Source: Adineta vaga
Lineage: Eukaryota; Animalia; Rotifera
Direction of reading: 5' to 3'
Assembly (NCBI GenBank): GCA_021613535.1
Contig: CP075495.1
Span: 2,170,001-2,234,000, forward strand
Length of the DNA: 64,000 nt
The first letter of the stretch is position 1. Every line of letters starts with the position of its first letter. Of the stretch, positions 42,352-55,800 are shown one piece after another. Position numbers and translations under genes: made by a program. The notes beneath the pieces were generated by a model. It had not been told where the DNA came from. It made no database searches and saw only the letters and a list, made by a program, of their open reading frames with translations.

Positions 42352-44651
42352 TTATTTTTCAAGTTTCATTGTAAAACAAACAAATAAACATTTGATTACA
42401 AATCCTACAAGTTGAAATAAAAATCTCGGTGAAAAAATCTTCCATAACATTAAATGTCGTCGAAGAAGAAAGACACTCAATGATGTCATTAATAATTTCA
42501 CACAATCGACAATTAAGATAAGTTTTAGAAAACGTTTCTGAGATTTTTTATCAAGATTCTTTCGAATCAATATGACATTTAATATCTGACCAGAAAACGT
42601 TTCAATTAGAACAAATATTCCACGAAGAACTAATGAATTGATAATTAATGAAAGATAAATATTTAATGGTGAATTTAATGTTGGAAATGCTGCTGTCCAA
42701 CGTATTTGAGAAATCACAGGTTGATGGCCAGTTGCATAAAAGAAATAATCCGATAATAATGAAAATAATAATGGAATCGATGAATCCGTATTCTTCAAAA
42801 GAATTTTATAGAGAGAATATTGTAGAAATATCACAAATGAAAATCGATAACCAACAACAAAGATTAGAATCGAATAAATTAATGTATCAAAGTAAGATGG
42901 TTTATAAAGAATAAAACCAAATTGAATAAGAAGACTTAGATAAAATATTGATAATGTATGAGGAATATTGAACCAATAAGCAACGATAGTTATATAGGAA
43001 AGATATGAATAATTCGATGTAAAGTAGAGAATAATTAACCAAACAATTGCGGATAGAAATGGAAGAATAGAATCGAAAGTATCTGAAGATTTTGATAGAA
43101 GCCAAATTGGATCAATACAATATGGTTGTTGTTCTTCGCGACAAATTAAAAATGCTCGAGATACAAATAAAAGAAATGAGAGAAGACATTTTTCATGTAA
43201 ATTTCTTTTGGTTAACAATATTATTGTTTGTATTAAGAAATAAAGACACATTGCTTCATTAATAATGAAACTATTCGAAAATGATATTGCAAAATACATA
43301 GATGTAAGTATAAGATAAAAGATTAGCTTTTGATAATCTTTTGTTATTTGAAAAAAGATGAATAATAAGATCAGTGATGAAATTAACATGATAAATAATC
43401 CATTAAGAATTCGTGAAATATTAAATGTTGACCATTGATGACGAAAATGTCTTTGTAATTGATGTTTAAATTCATGAAATAGATTTTCAATCATTGTCAG
43501 ATTTCTTTCATTGTTCGATTTGAGAAATATTGTATGAAGATGAGCTCGTAAATCTTGAATATCATCAGATAATGGTAATGTTGAAGAGATTTCTTTTAAA
43601 TATGTATCCATTTGTTGAAAATTTAATTTCATAGCATGATAACGTTGTTCAATTGGAAGAAGATCAGTAATAATCATACCGAGATTAGAAAATGGTATTA
43701 ATATATGAAGAAACCATGCAAGTGTAGGAACAAGATCAATTTGTGAAACTGTTTGTTCTTTCAAATATGTTAATGGAAAATAATTGACTTTTGTTGTATA
43801 TAAAAACATGGCTGTTTCAATTTCATTTAATTCATCACCACCATGATCACCTTGTTGAGTCATACCATGATCACCAATAACCATAAGAAGAGACGGAGAA
43901 TTTAATTGATTTAATACAATTGTTAAATTGCGTATCACATTATCCATTTGATTTAATTTACGTTTCATTTCAATATGTAATGGACCATATCGATGACCAC
44001 AATGATCGCACCGAGAAAATGTGCAATTAGAAATGAAATTTCATCATTCTGATGAGTAGTATTATCAATAACTTGCCATAAATGTTCAAGAATACCATTA
44101 TCAACTGTATCTAAATCATGAACATCAAATGATGGATAAACATGTAAATGTTTAAATGGAATATTTGGATAGAGTGCTAACCATGTATCATCACCTAATA
44201 AGGAAATATTTCGTTGATAAATACTATTATTCAATTGATTTAAAAGATTATCTTCTTCAATTTCATATCCAATAAAATTATAGGATATATCAATAAATGT
44301 TGGTAATGTACCAGTAGTTAAAGCTTTTAAACGTTGAAGTGTTGTTGTTGGTGGATCAGCAAGTAATTTTAATAGAATAGATTGTTGAGGTTGATTTGTA
44401 AGTAATTCTTGAATAAATGGCATTTGTTTTTGATAATTATTTTCAATTGAATTATTTGTTGGTTTAATGAAATCATAACGAAGTGCATCGATAACAATGA
44501 AAATAACATGTTTGAATTCAATTGGTACAGTTGATGGAATTGTACCAATGGAATTTTGTAAAATAACACGACGTGTTAAGAGAAATCCATTGAGAAAAAA
44601 AGCAAGACCTACTATATAAATAGTAATAAGAGATAAAAATGTATAATTCAT
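42352..44651 (-). CDS. PIGO: GPI ethanolamine phosphate transferase 3, intronless; 1-nt deletion near 44008
   Basis: [48 protein letters not shown][V][14 protein letters not shown]...[28 protein letters not shown]. Confidence 0.93.
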
Positions 44652-44670
44652 ATCTAAAATAGAAAATAGA

Positions 44671-45536
44671 CTAGAATAGAATATAATGTTTGAGATTACA
44701 TCGAAATGATGTATAATTTCTTTCTAATTCAAATAGATAATCAATATTAAAATCAATTGTACCATTGAGTTCAAGAATTCGAACATTGTTTGTTAAAGAA
44801 AAGATCAATAATAAACGATTGAGTTCAATATTTTCAATATGAAGAATAAGTGAACGAAGAGATTCACGCCAGATAAATTATCAATATCTTTATCCATGCA
44901 TTCTCGATTTTGATCATTAATATTTGCAGATAAATAACGTAATTCTGGTAGTTGAGACATCAAAACAATCAAATCACTTGAAAAACATTGATTATTCATA
45001 ATAAATCTTGTAATTTTACTTGAATAATATTGATCTTGAATAAAATATATATTAGTATGAAAATGACATTCAATCGATCGAAGATCTGATTGTTGTTGAA
45101 AGAGAATTTGAAATATATCATTTAAATGTTTTTCATTTTGAATATAATTTGTATCAATTTTTATTGATTTTAACTTGGAATATTTCAATATTTGTTTTAA
45201 TTCAATTAATTTAACATCACACAATCGAATTGATTGTAAATTTGTGAATACAAATGACTGAAGAATTATCTGTAAATGATTGTCTTCATCGGATATTGAT
45301 AAATAACGAATATAATGACTAATTTGTGGAAGAATTTGTTTTTTATAGAGTAAAAATTGTTCGGAATTCAAGGAAATCATATTGGCTTGAAAACAAATAT
45401 GTCGATCAACAAGTAAACAATTCAATCGTTGATTTAAATCAAAAAATCCACGAAAAAGATCATAAACATCCAAATAATCAAATATTTCCAAGAATAAATC
45501 ATTTGACAATTCGATAAATGACGAAATATATTTCAT
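44671..45536 (-). CDS. F-box/LRR-like protein; apparent frameshift near 44870, with the continuation ending at 44671
   Basis: F-box FIELSNDLFLEIFDYL...GFFDLNQRLN, then LRR-like repeats. The -1 frame continues ESLRSLILHIENIELNRLLLIFSLTNNVRILELNG...LKHYILF*. Confidence 0.75.
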
Positions 45537-45821
45537 CTAAAATTCAATTAAAAAAAAGAAACATTATATAAACAACAAATTACATCATCATCATCATCAC
45601 TGAATACGTAAACAACACTATGAGAATATCACATGATGCGCAGAAGAAAAGAAAAAAATACAAATTAAACATGAAAAAGAGAAATTCGAGATCGACTATC
45701 GAATAACGAAAACAAATCCATATCTGAATATTGAGCGGAATTGAACCATTAACATAACTAGTCATTATTTATGGCGTTTAACTTGTTTAGTAACCTAAAA
45801 TATACAAAGAAAATTGAAGAT

Positions 45822-47222
45822 TTAATTGTCAAGTAAATGATTATTTACTCGTGAATTGGATTTTTCAACAACTAATTCAATAATATTTTCATCTTTTTCA
45901 AATAAATTTCGATTCAATTGAACAATTTGATTTCTATTAGCATTCTTCGAACAACGTCGCATTTCAGCAACAATTTTCAATGCACATGCACGATATACAT
46001 GATGAACATCACGTAAATGTCTTGGCATATCTAAACGTGAAATAATCGATGAACATGGCGCTTTCATAATATATTTTGGTTGACAATCAAATGGATTTTT
46101 CGAATCTTGATTAAATGGACAAGCAATATGAAAATTTTTATTATATAATATATCTTCTGAATTGAAGAGTACTGTTAAAATGGGATCACGTTGTTTTAAA
46201 ACAGCTTTACAAACTTTGTATGCACTACGAGCTGTCATATGATGAAAACTTTGTAAATGATTGTAAAGACAACTTGGTTTTCCTTCACATAAACGAATAT
46301 TATGAATTGGAAGAATACCAAATAGACCAACACGTGTTATTGGACATGCTCCACGAAACATTGTTACAGATTGATTTAAATTTGATGATGAAGATAATCG
46401 ACGATTTGAACGTTGATGTTGTTCACCATTTTCCTAAAGAATAATCTTTCATCAAAAGAAAGAAATAAATCATTTCAAATGTTCTTACCGAATCACCTTC
46501 ATCCATATCACTAAAATTCATATCACTTCGTTCTCCTTCTTCTGCTGATAAACTATTTTTCGAAACAAACTCAAACATAAATATGAATATTTTCAAATTT
46601 CTTATTACTTACTCATCCGATTTGTTATCCTTATTATCTATTGACATACTTCGACTATTTGATACTAAATCGATAATAATAAGAAAAGATATGTATATGT
46701 ATCTGACTTACAAGAAGTTGGAATGATATGATTATGATTAAAATTATCATTATCATTAAATTCGTTTGGTTCAAGTTTAATATTTGTTGGTACATCGGAA
46801 TTAGAATAAACACGTTCACGTTGTTGTTCACGTTCGATAGCTACATCTAATTTATCTAAATATGTTTGAAATTGGTTGACAGTTGTTTGCGAGTCCAATA
46901 TAGATGTTCCTTCTATTTGTAACTGAAAATGATCACGTCGTCGTTGTTCATATGTTCGTTGAATTTCCGTACATGCTATTTCAATATCACGTTTTTCTTG
47001 TTCATTTAATTTTGTTTCATCAATAAGTCGATTATAAAGGCAAATTCGTTGTTGAATTCGTCGACGTAATTCTTTCGGTGCATCATTTTTATCTTTCTCA
47101 TATAATCGATGATGTTCTTGTAAATGTTCAAAACATACATAACGTTGACAATGTTTAACACATAAAAATGTATCCGTACTTGAACAAGTTGATTCACTAC
47201 ATACGACGACATCGGATGCCAT
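45822..47222 (-). CDS. Uncharacterised protein with Cys/His N-terminus, coiled coil and two CP...HL..H repeats (4 exons)
   Basis: CSESTC...CVKHCQRYVCFEHLQEH; GACPIT...LYNHLQSFHH and IACPFN...MPRHLRDVHH. Three frame-preserving introns. Confidence 0.75.
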
Positions 47223-48148
47223 CTAAAATGAAATTTTAACAAAAAATTAAATTCTATTCGAAGAACCTTGCTTATAACATGTATCGATGTCAAAGCAAAG
47301 CAAAGCAAAGATCACACAGGCTTCATCATTCCTTCTTTCTTTTTTTTCTTCTTCAATAAATGTTTTCAAATGGAAAATAATCTAACCAATATACAAATGG
47401 ATTAATGAAGGACATTAACAAGATGTCGCTTTTGTTCAATAAACTTGAGAATTTGATCTTTTTATATGAAAAAGGTATTAGTGTATAAATATGATTTCGA
47501 TCTATTTGATGACAAAATGAATCAAGATTTACCGTTGTAGAAAATATTCATTATTCCTATATAAGTTCACATGACAATCTCTTCAATATGAATATATCAA
47601 TTTTATGTTTGATATAATTCAAGTATCTTTATGTCTGATGTCTAAATCGTATTTGTCAATATATAGTTGCATCTGTCATTATAAATTTACCAGTTCCTCG
47701 AACGATTTGATTGTAAATTTTTCTTTTCATGCGAGATAAAAGAACTTCGTAAGATGCTTTCAATTTCCGTTTATAGTAAAGTCAAAGAATGAAAGAATAA
47801 ATATAAGAGCATTTGAAATTCTTAATGGATAGAATGATAAATATATAATATAAGTAGACGCAAGAAACAAACTTAGTATATTCTACTCGTATTAACAATT
47901 TAGAAAAGTGAGGAATTTTTCTAATGTATAAAAATAAATCCTTTCAGTTTAATACTTTTCGATGTATTAAATGGTAATCGCTCATGCACATTTTCGCAAA
48001 AATGGTTTATTATTTTTTCTTCAACGTTCTGTTTGTATAATTAGACGAATCAATAAATATTCCTGTAAGAAAAAAAAAGAACGAAGAGAAGGCCATTTAT
48101 TTTTTCGGTCACACTTTTTCACTGTATTTTCTTTTGCTTATTCTCATA

Positions 48149-49360
48149 ATGTTTCGTTTAAAAACCGTCTCTTCACTACTATTTTATGGAGCTGCGGCGC
48201 TCGTTTCTCTAGTTTTTGTACTTCATCTTTTTACTCCGTCGTATCGTATTATCGACGATGAATCGGATCCATCATATCATGACGATTTCAATAGTCAATT
48301 TTCACGAGTACAGTCGCAAAAACAAACTGTACAACCACCGACTTCTCCACTAACGGAATCGACAACGAAAGAAATCAATACAACAATGATCGAATGTCGT
48401 GATAAATTATTAACTATTGAACAATATCGTACGCGATCAGTTGTTCGTGGTGTTATTGTTCGTTTTCCTTCACGACGAACCGAATATTATTTCGTACAAT
48501 TTCGTTGGTTTTTTCGAAGTTGGATTGAATCAGAAATGTTTACACTTGATCGTTGGCGTACAGATATTATTATTCTTATTGATAATGATTTCGATAATGA
48601 TACTCGACAATTCTTAGAACATTTAAATTGTCGTTTGGAAAATCAACGAACAACACGTCGACAAACATCACGTTGTATTCTTGTTCTCCATCAAACATTT
48701 TCACAACGTAGCGAAAGTGAACGTCAAACTTATATTAAAAAATATCCTGCACTCAATGGTAATAAAGAACTGGACAATAATATTGATCGTATATTTGCTA
48801 TTCATAGTTATATTAATCAATTGAATAAAATTGAAACATTATATGATATTCTAATGATAACTACAATGAATACATTTTTAACAACACAATTTGGAAAATA
48901 CATTCCTGTTAAATGTGCATTTGTTATTGGTACAGAACCAGATTATTCCACATGGTATGGTCAAATTGAACAAATACAAGAATTTGTTCATACATTATTA
49001 ACTACATTAAAAGGTTCGACAACTGAATCGGGAAATTTAACAATGGATTTTAAATTAACCATTGAAACTTTACAACCACGTTTTCTATTTCTTCAAAAAC
49101 AAGTTGATATACCATGTGATTCAACACGAACGACATATCGAACATATATTTATCATCTGAAATGTTATGCACATTCAACAAGTTTATTTTCTGAAAAAAT
49201 GTTTCGACAAAATGCCTATGATGGTTACGAAAAAGAACCATTTAATATTTATATAGCACGAGAATATGCAACATTAATAGCGTTACAATCAAAAGTGATG
49301 AGTTTAGATGATTTACATTCATTATCGGTTAATGTCACTCGTCGAGAAGTATTCTCATAA
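48149..49360 (+). CDS. Intronless type II membrane protein, possibly glycosyltransferase-like
   Basis: N-terminal signal anchor, S/T/P stem, globular domain FRWFFRSWIE...WRTDIII...LNC...SRC. First ATG at 48149. Confidence 0.7.
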   Translation: MFRLKTVSSLLFYGAAALVSLVFVLHLFTPSYRIIDDESDPSYHDDFNSQFSRVQSQKQTVQPPTSPLTESTTKEINTTMIECRDKLLTIEQYRTRSVVRGVIVRFPSRRTEYYFVQFRWFFRSWIESEMFTLDRWRTDIIILIDNDFDNDTRQFLEHLNCRLENQRTTRRQTSRCILVLHQTFSQRSESERQTYIKKYPALNGNKELDNNIDRIFAIHSYINQLNKIETLYDILMITTMNTFLTTQFGKYIPVKCAFVIGTEPDYSTWYGQIEQIQEFVHTLLTTLKGSTTESGNLTMDFKLTIETLQPRFLFLQKQVDIPCDSTRTTYRTYIYHLKCYAHSTSLFSEKMFRQNAYDGYEKEPFNIYIAREYATLIALQSKVMSLDDLHSLSVNVTRREVFS

Positions 49361-49972
49361 AAAAATTCAATTCGAGTTAAGACCTATGCTTGTTTTTTTA
49401 AATAGTATTATTGACTTCATATATGTATGTGTGTTTGAATGGAAAATGTGTTTTATTTTTTTTATAAAAGAAATTTTCGTATGAGGTCTTCACATTATAT
49501 TGAAGTATAATCTTTTTTTCAACAGATAATTATATTCCTACCGAGAATAAGATCATATTTATGTTAATTAGTTGAAAATTAGGTTTCTCATTTACACATC
49601 ACCATAGAATGAAAAGATAAAATATAAATATCAACACCAAACGTCAACAGTTCTAAATCAACTACAATTCTAAATTATTTTTTCACAGTCAATAAGCAGC
49701 ATTTCAATTTCGATAAAAGAAAAAAAAACAACACATTTTATACAAATCACTTCTCTTCTACATCGAACAAAAGAAGAAAAATGTCAATAACAAGTCATCT
49801 CTCTCTCTCTCTCTGAATGATGAGACTTACGCAAACAAATTTCTCACATCCATCTATCTATTCGCACGCATACATATTCACAATAACAGCGATGTATTGA
49901 CCTGAGGATAATAATAGAGAGCTTAATTGTATTGAGAAGAATAAGAAAAAACGACAAAGAACAATTATTCAT

Positions 49973-51833
49973 CTAAAACTCCCATTGTGTTGCTTGTCGA
50001 CTATTTTGACACGTGGCTTGTATACTTCCATTTTGTTCAGCACGTAAATACATTCCATTTGGTGCTTTGATAACAACACGAGAATATGAAGAACATAATT
50101 CTAATGCAAATTTTGATGGTTCACAACTTGTAACACTAAGATTTAAATCAGTTAAAACTTCCCAATAAAGTCCATCAGAACTTTTTAAATAAATAATTCC
50201 TTCGCTATGAGTTTGTTCATCTGGTTCTTCTAATGTAAATAATGTAAATAAAGATTTATTACATTCAAGAATACGTGATTGTTTATTTCGATAACCAACA
50301 TGACCAAAATCACATTTAAATACACAAAATGGTCGATTGACAAATTTTAATAGAAAATAAGCATCAGGTAAACTCATTTGATCTGTTACAACACGCATAT
50401 TTCCAGTCGCATGTGGAACAATACATTTTCCATTTGATGCTTGAAAAGTAACATATCCACGACCGACAGATTGTATATGAAAACTTGTTTCTGTTGATCT
50501 GAAATTCAATCATTCGATCATAAATCATATGACAATTCTTCGACTTACTTTTTCTCAGCTGTCGCTTGAACACCAAGTCCTTCAATTTTCCAATATTTAT
50601 TATCATATGTTCGAATTTGATAAGCTTGTAAATCTTCATCATATTCTAATTGAAATATACTACTTTGATCTCGTTCATATTGATTTGCTGATAGATCAAT
50701 TCCTTGTTTAATTGATACAAGTTTTCCATTTGGTGCTACTAAACATATTTGTAATTTACTTTCTTCTAAAAGAAATTGTTCATCTTTGCCAGCTATTCGA
50801 TTTCGTGTTGTCATTATTCCTAATGGACCAATAGCTGTTAGATAACATTCATTACAATCTTTGAATGTTATATATCCTTTATGAAGTTCAATAGTAAATA
50901 AAGTTTCAGTTGTCTGTTCGGATAATAATTTGCCATCTTTATGAAAATAATATCCATTACTTGATCGAATACAATAATGTTCATTTAAATATTCAACAGC
51001 AAGTATTGCATTACTACCCCATGGAATAATTTCATCTATATGAATTTCATCAACATCTAATTTTGCATAACGTTTTCGTAGTACATGTTTTAAATTAATC
51101 TAAATGAATAGATAAAAAATTGTTTAATAGGAAAAAGAACGATTATACTTGTGGATGAAGAGCTAAATGAGGTGACCACCAATCTGGTGCTTTACTAAAA
51201 CAATGTAATTGATCATTATCTCCACCTAAATACATGCCATATGTAACAGATTTCAATGCCCATTGACCATTTCGATTATATTCAAGATGAAAACGACAAT
51301 CATCATCCATATCATGCATATCACATTTTAAACGACCATATTTATCAGTTGATAAATAACGATTCAATGGTGATTGAAGATAAACACAATCATTTGAAAT
51401 GTTATAGATAACTATCCACTTTTGTTTTCTTTTCAACGATGTACCCGCTAGAAGAAGATAAATATTTTCAAAATATTGATTTCACAAAATATTTACTAGC
51501 ATTGATTTTACAACCAAATGTTTCAGCAGTTAAATATTTTCCTTTAGAATTGATTAAACCAAGTGACCAAGTTAATTTTTCGGTATTTGTATTATTCGCC
51601 ACTGAATATATATCGTGATGACGACCATTACCATTAATCATAAGTGGTTCATGATGACCGTTCGTTTGTTTGAGAAATGCTTTTTTAAGTACTGGTTGTG
51701 GGTGATGATTAATCGTTGGCGGAATAAGTGATGGAGGTAATTTAACAGAAGGTTTGGGTCTAAATTGAAATTTAAGATTTACATGTGAAGTATGATTATT
51801 GAAATACAAATGAAACCTGAGAGCTGAATGCAT
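49973..51833 (-). CDS. FSCN: Fascin (actin-bundling beta-trefoil protein), 4 exons, with a Pro/His-rich N-terminal extension
   Basis: GLINSKGKYLTAETFGCKINA|TGTSLKRKQKW, HLALHPQ, IPWG, GKDEQFLLEES, VSIKQGIDLSANQ, ends QWEF*. Confidence 0.95.
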
Positions 51834-52850
51834 CTTGTTCTTGTTTCAATGAATGATCATTTTGTTCAGTCAATATGTATTGTCATCGAACTATCTATTG
51901 AAAATGAGAAATAAAAAATTCTCTCTTATTCACTCTCTGCTTCTACTATTCTCTTTTCGCTGTCGTGCGCGCGTTCTTTTCTTCGTCTTCTTCTCCTGTT
52001 CACCCCTCCCTTTTTCGTTAAGACATCGTATGAGTTCGTCAATCTATTTTCATTGATTGCCTTCAATGAGAGGAATGAAATTCTCTTTCTTTTATTCGTT
52101 TTACATACATGTACGTGACCGTTATACTGTACTCAGTAATTAACAAACAAAAAGTAAAGGAAATGCAATAAAAATCTTGAAAAAGATTATTCGTTTCGTT
52201 TGATCAAGATTGGAATTAGTTGGTCTTAAAATGATGATGATCAATCAGGTTTTTTTCTTCTATCAAAGAACACATATCTATAGAACGATAGAAAAATGAT
52301 ACATTGAAGGTCAGAAAAAAAAGAGAGGTATGTTCATGTCCAAGACTAAGGACAACAGATTGACACTATAACCTTTTGTGTTACTTTTGTCACATCTTGG
52401 TTTATATCTTCTCCAAACAAATAAAGCTTGAATATGTGACCATTACGAAATAACATCTGATGCTTTTCATCTGACGAAATACATACAATTGATCCAGCTG
52501 CTCTATTTTTCATTAATTCTTGACGAATTATAATAAATACAATAACAAAGAGAAAGTCATTTTGTTACATAATTTCTTAATCCAACAATGAACATCAATT
52601 TATAAATAAATATTCCTGCAGCGTATTAATCCTAAATTTTTAATTATGGAAGCGTCTATTTCTTACTGAGAGAATAGAAATGGAGTATTTTAACGATGAA
52701 GAAATATGCGACAATTTCACTATTTGCTTTTCTTTGTTTTTAAAAGAAACCCGCATGGTTTTACTTCCTAGCAGCTTTATTTGAAAAGCATATATTCAGC
52801 TGAGAATCAGATCATTTTCTTTTGATAGTTGAATCACTTGTAAATTTAGT

Positions 52851-55800
52851 ATGATGTTGCCACTATTGGAAGAAGAACTATTCGACAGTACGTAGTTCTA
52901 GTTGATTGATGATTTTCTAATGGTTTATTTTAAGAACACATGATGAATGGCGATTTTGATCAAGAACTAGATGTAGGTGGCTCTTTTTATGACAAAGTTT
53001 AGAATATAATTAATCTTGAATTTTTACAGGACGCTGCTGAACTTGCCACTGCTCGATCAAATATAACAGAGAATAAGATGTCACGATCAAATAGTAAATT
53101 AGTAAGACAAGCACTGTCACATAAGAAACGAAAAGTCAATCTGTTCTGTATAGGATAACCAGTCAATAGAACATAATAGACAATCATTAATTTCTTCAGC
53201 AACTGGATTTTTCAACATAGTACGTTATTAATCAGAATCTGTTTGACTTAAATTGTACATTTATTTGTGTATCAAGGATAGTGTTCTACGTGAAATGGAT
53301 TCAGCCCTCATACCGGTAGGATCATTCGGAAAAAAAATGTTTTCAATTGTATAATTCTTCTCCTGTAGACACCACCTATGACAGCAAGAAGATCGTAATT
53401 TATGATAAATGTACAACTTGAACTGTTTAAAAACTACATTCCTATTTCAGAAATACACCACATCTATTTACTTGTGACGATGAATATCGAAGTAGTCAAG
53501 CGGGCGGAGGTTTCTTCGCTCAGAACAAATTTTATTGTGCATTAAAAAGAGACATGAAAGAAGCATACGATGTCGAAATCACTATCACGAAGAGTAAAGA
53601 CGATTCACATTTGGAAAATTCCATTTATATTGTTCACTTTCAAAGTGAAAATGCAGAAAATATTCATATGGCTCAAAAAGCATTAAGATCTCTTTTTAAT
53701 TCAACAAAAATCAAAATTATTGATGACAAATCGGGTAAACTTTGGTCTAAAACATACCGGAACACTATATTTCATTAGATTAATAATATGAGAACATTTT
53801 TTATCTAGAATTTTGGACTCAAGAACAAGATTGTGTTCGTATTGTTCAAGCTTATGCTGATCAAAATGAACGTTTACATATTTCATGCGAATATTCCACA
53901 ATTGGTTTATTTATTTCTTATTTCGACGAGAACATATCCACTGTACTCCCTCATTTGTGTACTACGGATGTAATTCTTGGAAGAATACTCAAAGAAAAAT
54001 TCCGATCAGTGGATATCAATCTACCAGTTAGTTCTGATTTGACGACGAAGAATATAAGTTTCTTTGCACAAGATATTCTTAAATTGGAAGCTGAATTTCG
54101 ACATCATCCTATTTTAATCAAACTTGAACAACGATATATCCGTTTATTTGGTATACTCGATCTAATCAACGAAATTGAACAACAAATTGAGAATATCAAA
54201 ACGAAATATGCATCAAATATGGTTCAACTTAATCTCGAACCTTTTCAGGTACGAAATACATTGATTTTGTTAACCACCATAATTTCATTATTTAGATCAA
54301 ATATCTACTCGATATTCATTCTCATGAACTTCAAGAGATAGAAAAACGATTTATGGATGCGAAGATTATTGAATATCTATCTAATGGAGAATTCATTGCA
54401 CCAAGTTATGTACAAAATACCATAAAAAAACAAATTATCGAATTAGCTGCATTATGTCCACCGATTCATTTCATAATTGAAGAAGAAGCTTTTCGTCCCA
54501 TTGCACATAAGGAATGCTCAAATTTGATAGATATCGGTCGTCAATATAAATGTCATATTGACATAGAAGAACATACCGTAGATCATGTATGTGAAATTCC
54601 TCGAGCAACAGTAAAAGATCATGTTTCGAACAAATTGACAGCAGCAGCTATTGATATAAAACAAGGCGATCTTGCTGAACAGAATGTAAGAATTTTTAAT
54701 GATACTGAATCTATGTAAAAATTAATCTTCTTCAGGTGGATCTTGTCGTCGTTTGTTCAACATCTTTCTATCTTTGTCAAAATCTTATCAACAAAGCTGG
54801 TCATTCAGTAAAACAAGAATATGATGCAATTACAAATGATTCACCATCGGAACCGTTTGAAACTAATGCTGGTGATTTAAAATGTCGAAAACTATTGTTT
54901 TTACCATGGAAAATTGATAAAGCTAGTAATCGATCGTTTACACAATCAATTCGAAATTTTGTTCGAACAGCAGTTCAATATGCTGTCAAAGGTCATCATA
55001 CATCAATTGCTTTTCCATCTATTGGATGTGGTAAATTAAATGTTGGAAAAAATATCATAGCAAATGAAATGTTAATTGAAGCACAGAAACAATTATTAAT
55101 GGCGAATGTTTTATTGCAGATTATTTTTGTTATTTTACCTAAACAGAACGATGTTTTCGAAGCATTCAAAGAAAAATTGGATTGTCTTCAGAAAGGTAAC
55201 ATCGAAATGAAAGATGCTCAAGTTTCTTATCGTCTATCAAGTCAGTTGAATATCTGATTAGCTTTTGATCAATTTGTTTTGTTGATTTATTTTTGTAGCA
55301 TTACTATTGATTATCATATCGTCGAATGAACAGAAGCAGAGAGAATGTCTCGAAGCGTTGAATAATTATGTTCAGAAATCAATTGCAGTTTCTGAACTTC
55401 TTCAACAAACTGCATTGAAAAAATGGTCTCAACCAGCATTAAATAAATTTTATCGACTTTGTCGACATCATCAAGTTGTTATTGATATAAATCTTCAAAT
55501 TGGTTATTTGAAATTGTATGGATCGAAAGAAGCAGTTCGAGACGCTGAAAATGCATTTCTTAACGAACAAATCTTTCAAAGTGAACAAGCTCGATTAGCT
55601 GCTATTGCTCGAGATATTATATGGGCATATGAAATCGAGAAAAATAAATGGGAAAAATATCCACCCGAAGTCAATGCTCTTATTGAAGATCAATATTCAT
55701 CAAAAATTTCATCAGTAAGTGAAGACTTTGATAGAATTAGAAATAACATGATCATTTTCAGTTCAAATATGTAAATGATAAATCTGAAGAATGTACGATT

